A program made the position numbers and the translations under genes. The notes under the pieces are model-generated. The model searched no databases. It worked only from the letters and a program-made list of their open reading frames with translations, and was not told the DNA's origin. A stretch of DNA of 63,992 nt, filler included, from Collodictyon triciliatum (lineage: Eukaryota): NCBI GenBank assembly GCA_043381765.1. It is 28 parts of 28 records of this genome, joined end to end, with 100 filler letters (N's around TTAATTAATTAA, not from the genome) between each part and the next. Parts side by side here need not be neighbours in the genome. Positions count along the whole stretch, not along the records: positions 9,166 to 11,407 come from JBHJMP010009327.1; positions 11,508 to 13,696 come from JBHJMP010009328.1; positions 13,797 to 15,984 come from JBHJMP010009329.1; positions 16,085 to 18,274 come from JBHJMP010009330.1; positions 18,375 to 20,561 come from JBHJMP010009332.1; positions 20,662 to 22,848 come from JBHJMP010009333.1; positions 22,949 to 25,132 come from JBHJMP010009334.1; positions 25,233 to 27,414 come from JBHJMP010009335.1; 20 more parts are not named here. One strand, 5' to 3'. Every line of letters starts with the position of its first letter. The first letter of the stretch is position 1. Shown one piece after another: positions 11,149-27,514 of this stretch.

Positions 11149-11535
11149 GTATGCTTAAACACACTTTGACGTACTTTCTTCTTCGTATTTTATTTAAGAT
11201 TGCTTTTTTTGTTTTTGTTTCTTTGGTTCGTTATTTATATGCTTGTATGTTTGTCCGTTCGTATTTTCTTCTTCTTTTCTCTTCTTTTCTCTTCTTTTCT
11301 CTTCTTTTCTCTTCTTTTCTCTTCTTTTCTCTTCTTTTCTCTTCTTTTCTCTTCTTTTCTCTTCTTTTTTTATCTCTTCTTTTTTTATCTCTTCTTTTTT
11401 TATCTCTNNNNNNNNNNNNNNNNNNNNNNNNNNNNNNNNNNNNNNNNNNNNTTAATTAATTAANNNNNNNNNNNNNNNNNNNNNNNNNNNNNNNNNNNNN
11501 NNNNNNNTAAAATAACCCGCTCTTTTTCAATTTAG

Positions 11536-11895
11536 GCGATTGACTATGACTTGGATACGGAGTACTGCATATGGAGCTTTGTATGGGAATTGATACCAGT
11601 TATCCTAATCCTCGCATTCTTCAAGGTATCAGTAAATTTCACAAACTTTAATTCAAATATGAAATTATTATATTCTCTAAATGGTGACTTTGGTAAATGC
11701 AGTTAATGTCACAATTGCATTGAATTGTATTTAAAATTCCTCATCACTTAGCTTTCATATTCAGCCATGTGTTTACTTCCCTTATTTAATCAATAAAAAC
11801 ACATAATTCGAACAACGTTTTAGATTCCTGATATTGAAAATATGTTCAAGAGAAAATTGCGTGCTCATCTAGAGAATTTGCCACCACTCCTTTAG
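11536..11895 (+). CDS. C-terminal two exons of a membrane protein, GPR137/TOM1-like
   Basis: ..IWSFVWELIPVILILAFFK | IPDIENMFK..* resembles the last TM helix (WExxP) of that family. Confidence 0.4.
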
Positions 11896-12029
11896 ATGAA
11901 TATCAATTGTTCGTACTTTTACTCGAGCCATTCGATTCTTTCTAGACATTTCTGTCACATATAATAGTATAAAAGCATGCCATCTGATGAGAGTTCCATT
12001 ATATGAATTTAAAATCCCCACCAGGCGAG

Positions 12030-12071
12030 GCATAGCCTCGCTGCACTTTGAATCGAATAAAGGAAGAAAAA
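12030..12071 (+). mobile_element. Short LINE 3'-end insertion with imperfect TSD of about 19 bp
   Basis: GCATAGCCTCGCTGCACTTTGAATCGAATAAAGG-A-rich, flanked by AAAATCCCCACCAGGCGAG and AAACATCCCCAACAGGCGAG. Confidence 0.8.
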
Positions 12072-12464
12072 AAACATCCCCAACAGGCGAGCATAACTAC
12101 TTCCAGAACCCTCGCCGATATGACAGCAAAGATTAAGATGATTCAGAGTCTTCATCTCTACTGGAATCCCTATCGAGATACAAAGCTAACACTGGACTTA
12201 GTTCTCCGTACATACTTTCCTTCTCATTCGTTAATTCAGTTCATGGGCCATTAAAGCAAATATAATATGTCGTTTTATGCAGGGAGTAAAGCATTCACTT
12301 GCAGGTGTATATGACGTAGAAGGTTAAATTTGTTTGCGTTTTCTTTTGTTGAAAAAAAAAAAAAGAACAAAGAAACTTCGAATCAAGATGAGCAAGAAAG
12401 GAAGATGGAAAAGAATGCTCGACGAGGCTTTTTTCTTTCTTTTTTGTTTTGCCAATCACTTTTT

Positions 12465-13480
12465 TTAAACAGAAGAAGCGTGGTGGTAGTGATGGCGAGT
12501 TCTGGATTCCAGTGTATGAAGTTGCCTGAGCTTGATATAGAAGAACCATACCGAACCGATGATATTTGTTATCATGCCAGCAACAGCCCAGTGGTGGAAA
12601 TCTGAGATTGTAGGCAGGACAAGTTCGCTCATCACTAAGGCGAATACATGCTTTGCGTTTCCGATTGCAGACGTGGTTAGAGGGGAGTTGATATGGGTGC
12701 ACAGGAAGATCGCCACATTCAAGCCAAACCCCAGCAACAAGCACATGAAGAAAATGGCGAGAAAAGTCTTGTCATTCATCAAGGGCGATTGCAGGACAGA
12801 ACCAAACTCCATAAAAATAGCAGCCAGGAGGAAAGAGAGTGGCAGTGATATAATGCTGTTCATCCATAAGAGAGTAAGTGGGCTGACGCTCATAGAGAAG
12901 GTAAGTCTTCGGATAAGGACAAAATATAGCGCCGTTGTTAGGTCATTCAGGAGACCCAAGACAACCCCGCTGAAATCCAGTGAGGAGTGGCTCAGTTCCA
13001 TAAGAGCAGAGCCAACCACCATAAGGACAACAGACCTCCATACGGAAGGGCCATACGTTCGGTTGAGTACGTGTTCCTCTAGATTCACATAGGGGTGAGA
13101 TATATGAAATCCTTTTTTTCTTCTTCATTTGTTATCTTCTAATTTTTATTTCAATTACTGATCCTTTTCAACACGATATATAAAAGTGGACAAGGCATGA
13201 CTGAATAAGTGAAGCCTATAAAAGACATACAAGTGTACTTTTGTCTTCTAATAAATAAAAAAATGTAAACCTAAATAGATTACAAAGATGGAAGTGAATC
13301 GACGAGCAACAATGAATGATGATATTGTTATGCTGGATAAGCTTGCGATACCGAAAATTATGTTAACCAGAAAACAGAGGGAAAGAGGAAGTACCTATGA
13401 ATATTTTAACATAATTGCGATATCCGAAGCATTTAAGATAAAATATAGGTTCATCTTTTAAGAAAGGACGTGCCTTTATA
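12465..13480 (-). CDS. Nucleotide-sugar transporter (SLC35D/TPT family, DMT superfamily), 5'-partial
   Basis: Multi-TM protein with ..FIVARRFTSIF.., TALYFVLIRR and FLCTHINSPLTTSAIGNAK motifs. Confidence 0.82.
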
Positions 13481-13796
13481 TATAAAAAGAGGAAGTAAGG
13501 AGATCACTACAAATGAATAATAAATGAATACTAATACTAATACTAATAACACTAATAACACTAATAACACTAATAACACTAATAACACTAATAACACTAA
13601 TAACAATAATAATAACAATAATAATAACAATAATAATAACAATAATAATAACAATAATAATAACAATAATAATAACAATAATAATAACAATAATAANNNN
13701 NNNNNNNNNNNNNNNNNNNNNNNNNNNNNNNNNNNNNNNNTTAATTAATTAANNNNNNNNNNNNNNNNNNNNNNNNNNNNNNNNNNNNNNNNNNNN

Positions 13797-15317
13797 ACGA
13801 GTACATCAAAAATTTTAAAGTTCTACAGACTGTATTCACCAAGCTCGGAATCGAAAGAGTAGCCAATTTATCATAAACACCTTCATATTCTTTCCATGTG
13901 CATATGATCTCCATTTTTTCTTATATTATTTAATACTTGTGTGTGTGTCCTGTGCATAATTTTTACTGTATAAAAAACGTATTGCGACTGTATTTTTCTT
14001 TTGCAGTACTTAACTCATTTGTGAATGATATTTTAAATCTAGATATTACTAACTTTTAAAAAAATAATATGTGAACTATGTTCCCAGAGAATTGAGGTTG
14101 ACAAGCTTGTTAAAGGGAAATACCAAGACAATCTCGAATTCCTGCAGTGGTTCAAAGCATACTTTGATCGAAATATTCCCGTAATATATATTAACCCAAT
14201 ATTTGCCAACTGATATTTATACCTAACATCAATTCTATAATCATGTCTTAATCTTAATAATTGCTCCTGATTATCGTGTTGCCATGTATCATTTTTTTCA
14301 GATTTATATAGACAAAATCGTTCTCCATAAAATGAAACACGTGTTAATATAATTACAACAAAAGTATGTTCCTTTCTAACAAGTTACCGCTCTACTAATT
14401 TCATTCTTTTCCCTTCTTCAATCTTTACCGGCATCATGAAGGCCAATCTTGAATATGACCCTGTTGCTCGCCGTGCGGGTGCAGGTGCTAGCGAACCAGC
14501 TGCGAGTGTGCCTGTGCCTGCGCCTGCTCAAGAGAGAAAGCCGATTGCAAAGTCAGCATCGGCCCCCACAGCTGCGGTATCAAAGAAGGCACCTGAAGCT
14601 CCAGGTTTTTTAAAAATAACTCTGTCGATATAAATGGGCCAGAAGCCATGTTGAATTCTGAGAGTCAGGCTCTACAATCCATTACTACCAATCAAAGTTC
14701 CTATATCTAATGACATGTCTTTCTTTTTTAAAAAAACAAAAAACAAAAAACAATCGTGAAACAGTGCCCAAGAAAACACTCTCTCGAAATGCATCTGCTG
14801 GTGGAGTATCGACTGGTAAGTTATCTTTTACTTGAAATGAGATATACGCTGATATAGCCATTGAAACCAATAGGCAACCGACCAAATAAAATACAAATAG
14901 CATGATGATGACTATAGACTGTTTTTGTCGGGTCTACGAAACCATTACTTTTGTTTAACCTCTTCACCTGGGATTTTTTTAGGTGGTCAGCGAGACGGTT
15001 TATCGAAAGAGGGCGGTGTACCCAAGGAAATTCAAGACGAACTAACAGAGATGCGACTCACCATCGATGGACTCGAGCGCGAACGAGACTTTTACTATGG
15101 AAAACTTCGACAGATCGAAATCATGTGCCAAGATAACGAACATCTCAATATCCCAATCCTCAAGAATGTCCTTTCTATTCTGTAAGCACGTATTCTATAT
15201 AAGCTATCCTTTGCTGCATATACACTAGACCAAATGAAGTATTCTCGAAATCCCACTCACATGATTGAACTTTTTATCAGCTACGCTGTAGATGAAGATG
15301 CTGGAGATGGACAATAA
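13797..15317 (+). CDS. EB1: Microtubule end-binding protein EB1, 5'-partial, spliced
   Basis: [12 protein letters not shown] | [22 protein letters not shown] | ..YDPVARR.. | ..[23 protein letters not shown] | [11 protein letters not shown]. Confidence 0.96.
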
Positions 15318-15750
15318 TACGTTGTCAAAATTCAGTTTGCATGGTCGGCTATAATCTATGGAATACGTTTTCTTCTTCTTTCCTTACCTTCACAATTCAT
15401 CCTTTCGCCACCCTTAGTTTTGCCATCACAGTTGATGCAAGTTCATCGATTCAATATTCGAGCCCCAGTTGTGGCGGAAATGAGCCCAGAATCGATCATT
15501 TACTCTTTATTCATTTTTTCTTTTACTCAATCATTCTTTCAATCGGGACACTTCAGTCGGTAGTCGCACTTTCACCGAGGGTCAGATATCGATGGATGGG
15601 TTCTTGAAGGCTGTTCATAATCCGTGGCTAGTTCGCTGTGTGATTACTGCATCCAATCTCTTATCATCAATTTATGTCAAAAATAAAAGGAAAAAATAAT
15701 AAACAAAATAACTAACAAAAAAAGAAGAGCGAAGAAAGAGATATAGAGAA

Positions 15751-15984
15751 TTGTGTATGGCAAAAGCTGGCAAAGTCTCCCAACAATGCACACTTTGCAG
15801 CAACGGTGACGAATCCATTGAGCACACATTTGTGCAATGTCCCTTCACTCAAAACCTGTGCGAAACAGCCGGCAAGATTCTTCGACTGACACTCAAGACG
15901 GCTGCAGCTGTTGGCCCAATCCAGGCGATATTTGGGCCTCTGCAACAGCTGCGTCCAGATGCAAAAACATTCTGGGCAGTGACG
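15751..15984 (+). mobile_element. 5'-truncated non-LTR retrotransposon (L1-like) ORF2 fragment, zf-RVT
   Basis: CTLCSNGDESIEHTFVQCPF is a C-x2-C..ESxEH..C RT-associated zinc finger; it begins after an A-rich tract. Confidence 0.8.
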
Positions 15985-16556
15985 NNNNNNNNNNNNNNNN
16001 NNNNNNNNNNNNNNNNNNNNNNNNNNNNTTAATTAATTAANNNNNNNNNNNNNNNNNNNNNNNNNNNNNNNNNNNNNNNNNNNNCAAAAACAAAAACAAA
16101 AACAACAACAAAAACAAAAACAACAACAAAAACAAAAACAACAACAAAAACAAAAACAACAACAAAAACAAAAACAACAACAACAAAAACAAAAACAACA
16201 ACAACAACAACAACAACAACAAAAACAAAAACAAAAACAAAAACAAAAACAAAAACAAAAACAAAAACAAAAACAAAAACAAAAACAACAAAAAAAAAAA
16301 AAGGTTTGTTATTATATTATTTTAACAGAACGAGATGGCTCCTGTAACTCTTCAAAACATGTTTATTCTACTACTTCTAGTCGAAAATAAACTTACATAG
16401 GCTATCCTTCGGAGGCCAGTCACCATGTTGCATTTAACTGCCCTATTTGATTCTATATTTTCATTTTATATTGAGAATATTAAGAATTTTTTGAATTTAC
16501 CAGTCATTGATAAATGATGAGGCGACAAAAAAAATATAAGATGGGAAGGGGATAAA

Positions 16557-17951
16557 AACCATCAAGTCCTGATTTTGACGTTGATTTTCCGCGACGCTCA
16601 ACGGCTGGCGTGCCTGACTCTTTAGCTTTTTGTAAATCTAAGCCCTGTCGACTGCGATAAATTTGATACTTCTCTCGACTAAGATGCATCTTTGCCCACT
16701 CATCTTCGCTCATGAAAAATATTTGAAGATTTTCCACAAAAATTCTAATTCATTATTTATATTAAAACCTTCAGACAGAGAGTCACAAAGAAAATATTGG
16801 CTAGGCCAAAATCCTTTTGCGATGTTAATTAATAATACAATAAAACCAATTACGTGATTATTATAAAAAAATTTAAAAAATTGAATTAAGAATGGTACTT
16901 CACTAAATGCCCAGGTAGGACGTAGGTATCAAACCGAACCTCCTCTTGCTCATATCGGACGATACATGGCGCAAATATGATAGCCTTAAAAATATACAGA
17001 AAGAAAATTACCCTTGTTGGTCTTGGCTATCTCTATATACATTTTAATTGAAAATAATCGAAAAAGGAAATTTCTATGGCGAAAAGAAATGAAATTAACG
17101 AGGTTATCAGCGGTCATTCCATTCTGTTCTGAGTTTTTCGAGACAACATCTAACATGACCATGATACTTTCGAGTAAAATTCGGTTGTGATCTGGAAGCG
17201 AGAATATTATCTTGCGCAGTTCAAACAAATCCCCGCCACCTGTAGTATAAAGACACGGAAGAAATCATTTCATAGTAGTGTTTAGAAAATCTAGAACGAA
17301 ATACAGGGAATGAAAATAATAGTCAAAAACAATTAACTCACCGGAATGCCATTCTTGAAATTGAGGGAGACTAGTTCTAGGCAGTATGCCTCCTTGAAGG
17401 TCACGAAGGAACTGCTTTAACAGATTGGCTACGACATGGGGATTTGTGACAGCGTTCAAGTCAACAAGATTTCCTATGAGAGAGAGGTTGTTATGTTAAT
17501 ATCAGTGCGAAGGCCTATGCATGCATCACACATATTTTCGTAGAGCATTGGAAACTCAAGCTCAAGTAATTTTTAAGACAAAAACCTGAATTGTACTCGA
17601 AAACTAGCCTCGTAAGTTCTATCTTATTTCCAGACTCGCGAAAAATGCCCTTCACGTCGATTCCTAAGTATACATAATCAGAACCATAACCCAATTACAC
17701 TGATTAAGGTAGAAAAAATATCAAGTTATGATCATGGAAGATTGTTTGCTGTGCGATCAATAATAAACCAGTTCTATCGTACATAAAGTGTGAAATAAAA
17801 CCTTTTTCGGCAATATATGAGATGCAGTCTTGAACGAGAACTGGTACGTTGATTGAGATCCCACGGTCTCTCTGTCGCTGCAATATGATGTCAAGCTTCT
17901 CCCCAAAAAGAATCTGAGAAGTTGTGCTGTCGCCTGCCCGGCCCTTTTGAT
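16557..17951 (-). CDS. RhoGAP-domain protein (spliced)
   Basis: LFGEKL..VPVLVQDCISYI | GIDVKGIFRESG (Arg finger) | ..PHVVANLLKQFLRDL | ..LPDHNR..NGMTADNL | AIIFAPCIVR. Confidence 0.9.
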
Positions 17952-18087
17952 CTGCCAATCGATTGAGATTGTCGTTGTTAAAAAAAGTATTAAAAAAATA
18001 TTATCTCGAATTTTCGCAATGTATCCTTCATTTTTTTCTTGTTGCAAGAATCGATTGATTTTTTTGTTTTTTTTTTTGTTTTTTTTT

Positions 18088-18166
<79 letters not shown>

Positions 18167-20661
18167 NNNNNNNNNNNNNNNNTTTTTTTTTTTTTTTTTG
18201 TTTTTTTTGTTTTTTTTGGTTTTTTGTTTTTTTGTTTTTTTGTTTTTTTGTTTTTTTGTTTTTTTGTTTTTTTGNNNNNNNNNNNNNNNNNNNNNNNNNN
18301 NNNNNNNNNNNNNNNNNNTTAATTAATTAANNNNNNNNNNNNNNNNNNNNNNNNNNNNNNNNNNNNNNNNNNNNAGAATGAAGTTTGATTGATAATCTGC
18401 TAAAAATTAGGCTTTACACATGTACTTAAAATGTGCGTATTTGGTTTTTCTACCGTTGAATATCAAACATGTGACGAATTTTCTGTGATACATATTTAAA
18501 ATTTTTCGTGCTTTTCACTTATGAAAAGAATCAGAAGGGAAAATTAGACAAGAATCATACTTTTTCACTGTCAGAATCTTGGTCAATCTGGCCCAAAGAT
18601 TACACTATTCTTTGTAATGCCCTCAAAGTTTTAATTACGAGTTTCATTAATTGTTGTAAAAAATTAGATTCATGGTACTTGAAACCTTCAGATAAATAAA
18701 TTTCTTTTCGATGCTATGAATTGGCTTTTGGTCAACTTACTGTATGACTTGTTTATCACCAAAAAAATGAGGATGAAGAGTCCTTGTAAGATGAAATAGG
18801 TGACAGATGGCCCTTTCTGAAAGTTCATCAAGTGCTATGATAAATGGTTTTTTTTGAGTTCATCCTGAGAAATAATCAAAATTTAAGAGTTGAAAATTTT
18901 GTCCTGGTCTTCCTCATGCAAGCACAAGACCCAGGCTACAGGCCAAACTGCAGGATGCAATTCCTGATTACCGACTACTTCTCCTGCCACCCAGCCACCA
19001 AGTAGCGTCCATGCAAACGATGGCTAGCGAACCAAAGCCAACATTTCCACCGTCCTGCACAAAATGGAATGGAATAATAAAAAAAAAGTCGAAAATATTG
19101 TATTGATTGTATAGATTTTTTTTGTATCAATGAAGCCCCCTTTAATATCGTTGAAATTAACTCATGATTGATTTTATCCAACTTGACTATTTTAATTCAT
19201 ACATTATTCAATATCATCTACGCCTTATGAAATGTAAGGGTAAAAATTAACTAGGATAGCAAAGTATCAGAATCTACCGTTTATTTGGAATCATAAAAAT
19301 ACATGTAGAGGTAATTCCCAAAAATGTGTCATACCTGAATCTGGTTGATTAAAGTATGATTTTGAGATTCAAAGAGTCAAGTTGAATGGACGACGGTCTT
19401 CAGCCTATTAGAATGGATAATTCATTATTTATGTTTCCAAAATTTTGAGTAATACTGTAGTTGCTAATTCAAAAAAAATAAAGGTATGTTTCTTCGGAGT
19501 CTGCAAAAATAATTATACAATATTCTTGCCGGTTCCGCCAATGCCTAAGCTGAGGAAGTTATGCTGGTTTGTCGGCTGTTATATGCTATCCCTTGAATAC
19601 TAGACATACATAAGTCAAGAATATTGGATTTGTAGTCGAATAGAATGAACGAATATAAAGGAATCTGATCGGAAAGGAGAGCAGGGTAGTCGCGTGGACT
19701 TTCGCCCCAGGGAGAATTTGGCCTCCGATCAAATTGAAGTCAGAGTCCTTGGCAATCGCACCTCTTAAAGGCTGCAACTATTCTCGACCCTGTCGGTTGC
19801 ATATTGATGAGCCACAAATCAAGATTCCATACGCTGCTGGCCCGAACTTCTTAACCGACACGTGCCACTGCTTTCAACCAACATGCAACAACTACGGCGT
19901 CCTGTAAAATTTCTTAAAAACCCCTTCATTCACTTGTATCGAATAAAGGAAAATATGTATAAATGAGGGAATTATTTTTTTCCACCAATAGGCGAATCCC
20001 ATGAAAAAGGTCGAGTTGAGAAGAGAAAAGCAAACAGATCAAAAACCAACCTGAAAGCAAATCCAATATCTAAGAGACGTTCTTGAAGTCTACGTTTGAA
20101 GTATCTCCATCGAAGTGATCTTACTGTGGGCAGAGCAACCAGAGATTCAATCACCCCGAAGCTCTAGAAAGCATCACAAACTGCATGAGATTGAAATATA
20201 ATTCACTTAAAATTCTTAGAAACCGCAAAATGAATAGTCAGCTAAAGCTTCAAAAAAATAAAAATAGAATCAAGGATATTTCATATAGTGTGTATGCGTG
20301 GCCAACAATGTTTTGCAACAGAAAGGCTCGGAAATCCGGAATAGTCCCAGCTCTCCTTGGCTTTCGAATTGTTGTAATGATAAGGGCCCTAAAACCTTTG
20401 CAGGAAGGAGTAATAGTTGAATTTAATGTTATTTGGGTATGTAGATAAGTTTTCATGTGTTTTGAGTTTTGAGTTTTGAGTTTTGAGTTTTGAGTTTTGA
20501 GTTTTGAGTTTTGAGTTTTGAGTTTTGAGTTTTGAGTTTTGAGTTTTGAGTTTTGTGTTTTNNNNNNNNNNNNNNNNNNNNNNNNNNNNNNNNNNNNNNN
20601 NNNNNTTAATTAATTAANNNNNNNNNNNNNNNNNNNNNNNNNNNNNNNNNNNNNNNNNNNN

Positions 20662-20717
<56 letters not shown>

Positions 20718-20771
20718 CCCCGATGGAAGGGTTTGTAGGATACTTTGAGGATGGATTTTTTTTAAGCCTTA

Positions 20772-21560
20772 CCCAATTTTGTCATGAACAGGCTTAGAAT
20801 ATGTTCCATCAGAGCTGACCTGGAAAAAAAAAAAAGGAATCAGCTTTAGAATAAATATACGCAATAATGCGGTTAGTCTATTAACTTCTTTTAGGAAGAA
20901 AAAAGCAACATGTTTATTTCGATGCAAATTTTCGATTGAAAAAAAAAATTACCTGGGCATATCGACAGAGAAGCTGTTCACGAGGAATTCGAACATTGTT
21001 GAAACGACAGAATCCATTATCGGCCATGGTAAATCCTGATATATATAAACATCAAAGGTTTGTTTGAATATTCTAATATGGATTGATTTGAAGTAAATGT
21101 GTTTTGAGGTCGGTTAAAGGTATGGATATATGGACCTTGTACGCGTGGCTACATGAAGAAAAATCCTACCAAATTTTGGTCCAATATCACCGACCGTAAC
21201 TCCTGGGAGAGGCTGGTGGTCCTCCAGGGATCTTAGCTGCACAAAGAAAGTGTGGATGCCGTAGTCCTTGAAGGATGACAAAAGGAGAGATGAAAAGGAA
21301 GAGGTTTTGTCAGACGTTCAATAGCGTGTGTGTGCCTGAAATAAATTTGCTTTTGTTTTGGTGATACCTTATTATACACGAAATAAAATGATGTATTGTT
21401 CAAACCTTTCCATCGATAATCAGGCGGCAGTGAGCGACACAGTGCGTAGCGATGTTGCCAACTGTTTTTCATTAATTATGAATAGAGCAGCCTCATGAAG
21501 GCAGAGGAGATATCATGGTATGAGTATACAATTATCACAGATAAAACAATATAGATGATG

Positions 21561-21594
<34 letters not shown>

Positions 21595-22625
21595 TAATAA
21601 TATGTGTGGATAATAAATAATTAAGCAAGTAAAATATACGTCCTCCTGGCCACCATTTGGTTGCAGTAATTGTGGGGCTATTGATGACAAACTCTTGAGT
21701 TGTTTTGTCATACGTTGCTGTTGTTTCCAATGCTCGAACTGCGTGTGTGTTAAAGCTTGTGAGTGAGATTTTTCTGCTGGCAAATAACAAAATAAAAATA
21801 GACATGAATATAGTATGAAACCGTCCACATGTAGTTCGGGTAGATATGGAGGAGTGAGTTTGGGGAAAAGACGCACCGTTTGATCCATGGCCCATTTCGG
21901 TTTGAGCATAGCAGCCAATTATCTGCATGGTCATTGCTAGAGGAAGCCATTTCTCACGCTGTTCATCAGAAGATTGCCCAAACAAGGTCGGCAGAAACAT
22001 ACCGAAGTGCAAATCGACAGGAAGGACTTCATCAATTTCTTGCTGTTGGATTGTTCGTTTTGATGATTTGCGTTAATGGTGGATGTGAATGCAAGAATTT
22101 TTATTTTGGTGAATTATTTTTGACTTAATTTTCAAAGTGTAATCTTATGGAAACGATTATTTCAGGAGATGGCGTTGGATTTAAACAATCGATTCACGTA
22201 ATGATGAGAATATTTGTCAGAGTAAAACTGGTTATTTAAATGAAGAGTCTGACCTTGTACCACGATCTTTCCTCCTCATTGAGAGAGTTTTCGTGGGCAA
22301 CCTCCACCATTCGAAGAGCCTTTTCTGCAGCTCGTGCATATCTGAATCATAATAAGCAGTTTGATTATCATAAGGAAATAGGTCGAGTAGCGACACGGAC
22401 AAACAAACACCTTTCTTTTTTTCTCTCTCTTCTTTTGGTACATAACCGCTCAATTAGGGTGATATAGTCACGTCTCTGTGTTCAGTTTGTAATCATGCAG
22501 GGAGTCAACAAATATCATGAATGGTGACACTAGAAGAGACAAACCTGTCAGGTCGGCTAAGAAAGTCGCGGTCTTTTCTAAATACAGGATCATCCTGGAC
22601 AATCTTGCATACTTCATCACGACGA
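20772..22625 (-). CDS. ACOX1: Peroxisomal acyl-CoA oxidase (ACOX1-like), internal fragment
   Basis: DDPVF..LSR | ..[23 protein letters not shown] | [28 protein letters not shown] | ..[30 protein letters not shown] | [15 protein letters not shown]. Confidence 0.95.
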
Positions 22626-22948
22626 TGAAACTAAGCAACGAAAAGGGAGCAGTGGGCGTATGAAAATTATGTACGATGTATACATTGTAGAGAAAAACTG
22701 AGTGGACAGGCAAGAAATATGTGACAAAGAACATTCCAAATCTGCTTTTTTTTCTTTTTTTCTTTTTTTCTTTTTTTCTTTTTTTCTTTTTTTCTTTTTT
22801 TCTTTTTTTCTTTTTTTCTTTTTTTCTTTTTTTCTTTTTTTCTTTTTTNNNNNNNNNNNNNNNNNNNNNNNNNNNNNNNNNNNNNNNNNNNNTTAATTAA
22901 TTAANNNNNNNNNNNNNNNNNNNNNNNNNNNNNNNNNNNNNNNNNNNN

Positions 22949-22986
<38 letters not shown>

Positions 22987-23367
22987 AAAAAAAGAAAAAA
23001 AAGAAAAAAAGAAAAAAAGAAAAAAAGAAAAAAAAGAAAAAAAGAAAAAAAAGAAAAAAAGAAAAAAAGAAAAAAAGAAAAAAAGAAAAAAAAGGAAAAA
23101 AGAAAAAAAGAAAAAAAAAGAAAAAAAGAAAAAAAGAAAAAAAGAAAAAAAAGAAAAAAAGAAAAAAAGAAAAAGCAAAGGAAAGATAGTTACAAAGCTA
23201 TTTGGATCGCAAGCCCATCAATAGGAGTTCATGCGTGGGCTTGCTCTGCTTGCATTTTCATTTTTTCCCTTTCCTTATCATTTTATATCATACTGACAAT
23301 TTCCTTCGATAATTATTTGAGCTATTTAGGGTTTGGCAGCGAAACAAATTTGTTGATTTCTTCACAC

Positions 23368-24567
23368 AGCGTGGGTTTGAGGTGATGACTATTTCGACTA
23401 GTGATGGTAATGCTGAGCAGCAGGAAAACGATCTGGTACAAATATCCAAAAAAAAAAAAAAGATTTTCTGTTTGTTCTACCACTTGAAGATTATATATAT
23501 GATACCCAGTCATTTTCTCGGAGTCTTAAGCCCAAGATTTATAAGATGCTCAATTATATGTATTGATTAGTTATCAAAATATATTTAAGCGCACACAATT
23601 TTTTAATTTTTGTTTATTGCACGACATTCCTCTCCAGCGCAGTAAAAATATGATTATTTTTTATGCTATCTCAATAAATTTGTAATATCCCCTATCATTA
23701 ATCAACTTCCTTAACATACTGAAAGCAATCAGAAACTTTCCGTTTCCACCAATCACTATAGCGCACTCATTTTCTTCGGTCATCGTCTCCAAATATCTAG
23801 AATCAAATCCAGGTCAGGCTATGCCTCTCTACCATGCAGCCAATCTCCCATAGTTTCAATATTGGAATGCTAAAATATGAGCATTATTTATTTTTGGACC
23901 AATTATCACTATTAGGTCACCGAGGACAATTAAATAATTTAATTTACTCTCTTCATGTCGCGTAGTATCTGCCATCATCCACATGTGCCCGTACACACCC
24001 ATTACGCCTTTACACATTGTATCCCAGTATACCAAGAAAGAGATTGATTTATTCCTATCAAAAACGCCTTCCAACAGTGTCGAGACACAGAATGGAGACG
24101 GAATAATACTATCCCGATTTCCTTGCATCGCGACCAATCACCAATTTCTTCGCAAACAAGGATGGACAAATGCCACCGACGAGCCAGATTTTCCTGGAGA
24201 AGAGCTATTCTTGTCTGCAAACTCGTTCTCATCGTCAGCTGCTTTGGATATTATTCGGTCTCCCCCATTGATAGAGCCCAATTCAGTTCGCATGTGCCTT
24301 GTGCGCGGGTTGCAAGACAACCTCGTTGATTCGGATGACATCGCATGGGTGTTGCAAAGGCACGAAATAGTGCCGCAATACATCATCGACGACCTTGTCC
24401 TTCAACATGACGCGCAAGCAGAACGCCAGAGTAAAAATACTGTGGAAGTGGATGAGGATGAAGATTCGCTGATTACCATGACAGAGTCTGGCCACTTCCC
24501 CATGCTTGATGCACATTCGCACTCATGCGCGGCGGCGATCCTCTCGTGGATCAACAGACGCTTCTAG
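23368..24567 (+). CDS. Alpha/beta-hydrolase fold protein
   Basis: RGFEVMTI.. | ..PPITIAHSFSSVIVSKYLE (nucleophile-elbow-like) | ..LVRGLQDNLV..ESGHFPML..ILSWI*. Confidence 0.7.
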
Positions 24568-24997
24568 ATGACATATCTGGAAAACTAAGCTGGAAAATAA
24601 ACCTTTCGCGTTGATGGGTTTGATTGTTTTGCTGAAGGAAGGCTCTGGCTGGAAGAGTGGCAAGTGCAAGGCAGGCAGGCGTCCGATGGCAGAGGCAGCG
24701 AGGGAGGCCGGAGCCAAACACACCCAAAGAGAGGGCAATGGGTCGCCTCAAACAAAAAAGGTTTCTCCATCTTTCGCAGCCCAGTTGAGGCGAGCTCGGC
24801 TCCACTGGAGCAAAAATAACTTGTTTTTCGACGTGATCCTTTTCTTTTCCTTTTCTCAGTTCCTTTCTTTTCTTTTCCTTTCTTTATCTCCTCTTTTTTT
24901 GTTTTTTTGTTTTTTTGTTTTTTTGTTTTTTTGTTTTTTTGTTTTTTTGTTTTTTTGTTTTTTTGTTTTTTTGTTTTTTTTGTTTTTTTTTTTTTTT

Positions 24998-25118
<121 letters not shown>

Positions 25119-25402
25119 TTTTTGCCAGGATGNNNNNNNNNNNNNNNNNNNNNNNNNNNNNNNNNNNNNNNNNNNNTTAATTAATTAANNNNNNNNNNNN
25201 NNNNNNNNNNNNNNNNNNNNNNNNNNNNNNNNAAAAAAGAGATAAAAAAAGAGATAAAAAAAGAGATAAAAAAAGAGATAAAAAAAGAGATAAAAAAAGA
25301 GATAAAAAAAGAGATAAAAAAGAGATAAAAAAAGATAAAAAAAGATAAAAAAAAGATAAAAAAAGATAAAAAAAGATAAAAAAAGATAAAAAAAAGATAA
25401 AC

Positions 25403-27412
<2,010 letters not shown>

Positions 27413-27514
27413 AANNNNNNNNNNNNNNNNNNNNNNNNNNNNNNNNNNNNNNNNNNNNTTAATTAATTAANNNNNNNNNNNNNNNNNNNNNNNNNNNNNN
27501 NNNNNNNNNNNNNN

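Noticed and set aside
18375-20460. Contig with splice-like signals on the minus strand, considered as a gene or alternative genetic code
   Set aside because: The candidate exons I translated contain stops in all frames and no recognisable motif, while other genes use standard stops; probably decayed or non-coding sequence.
20460-20561. (TTTTGAG)n and similar repeats such as (TTTTGGT)n at 9660-9760 as telomeres
   Set aside because: They are among many different SSR motifs, some clearly intronic; there is no consistent telomeric unit.
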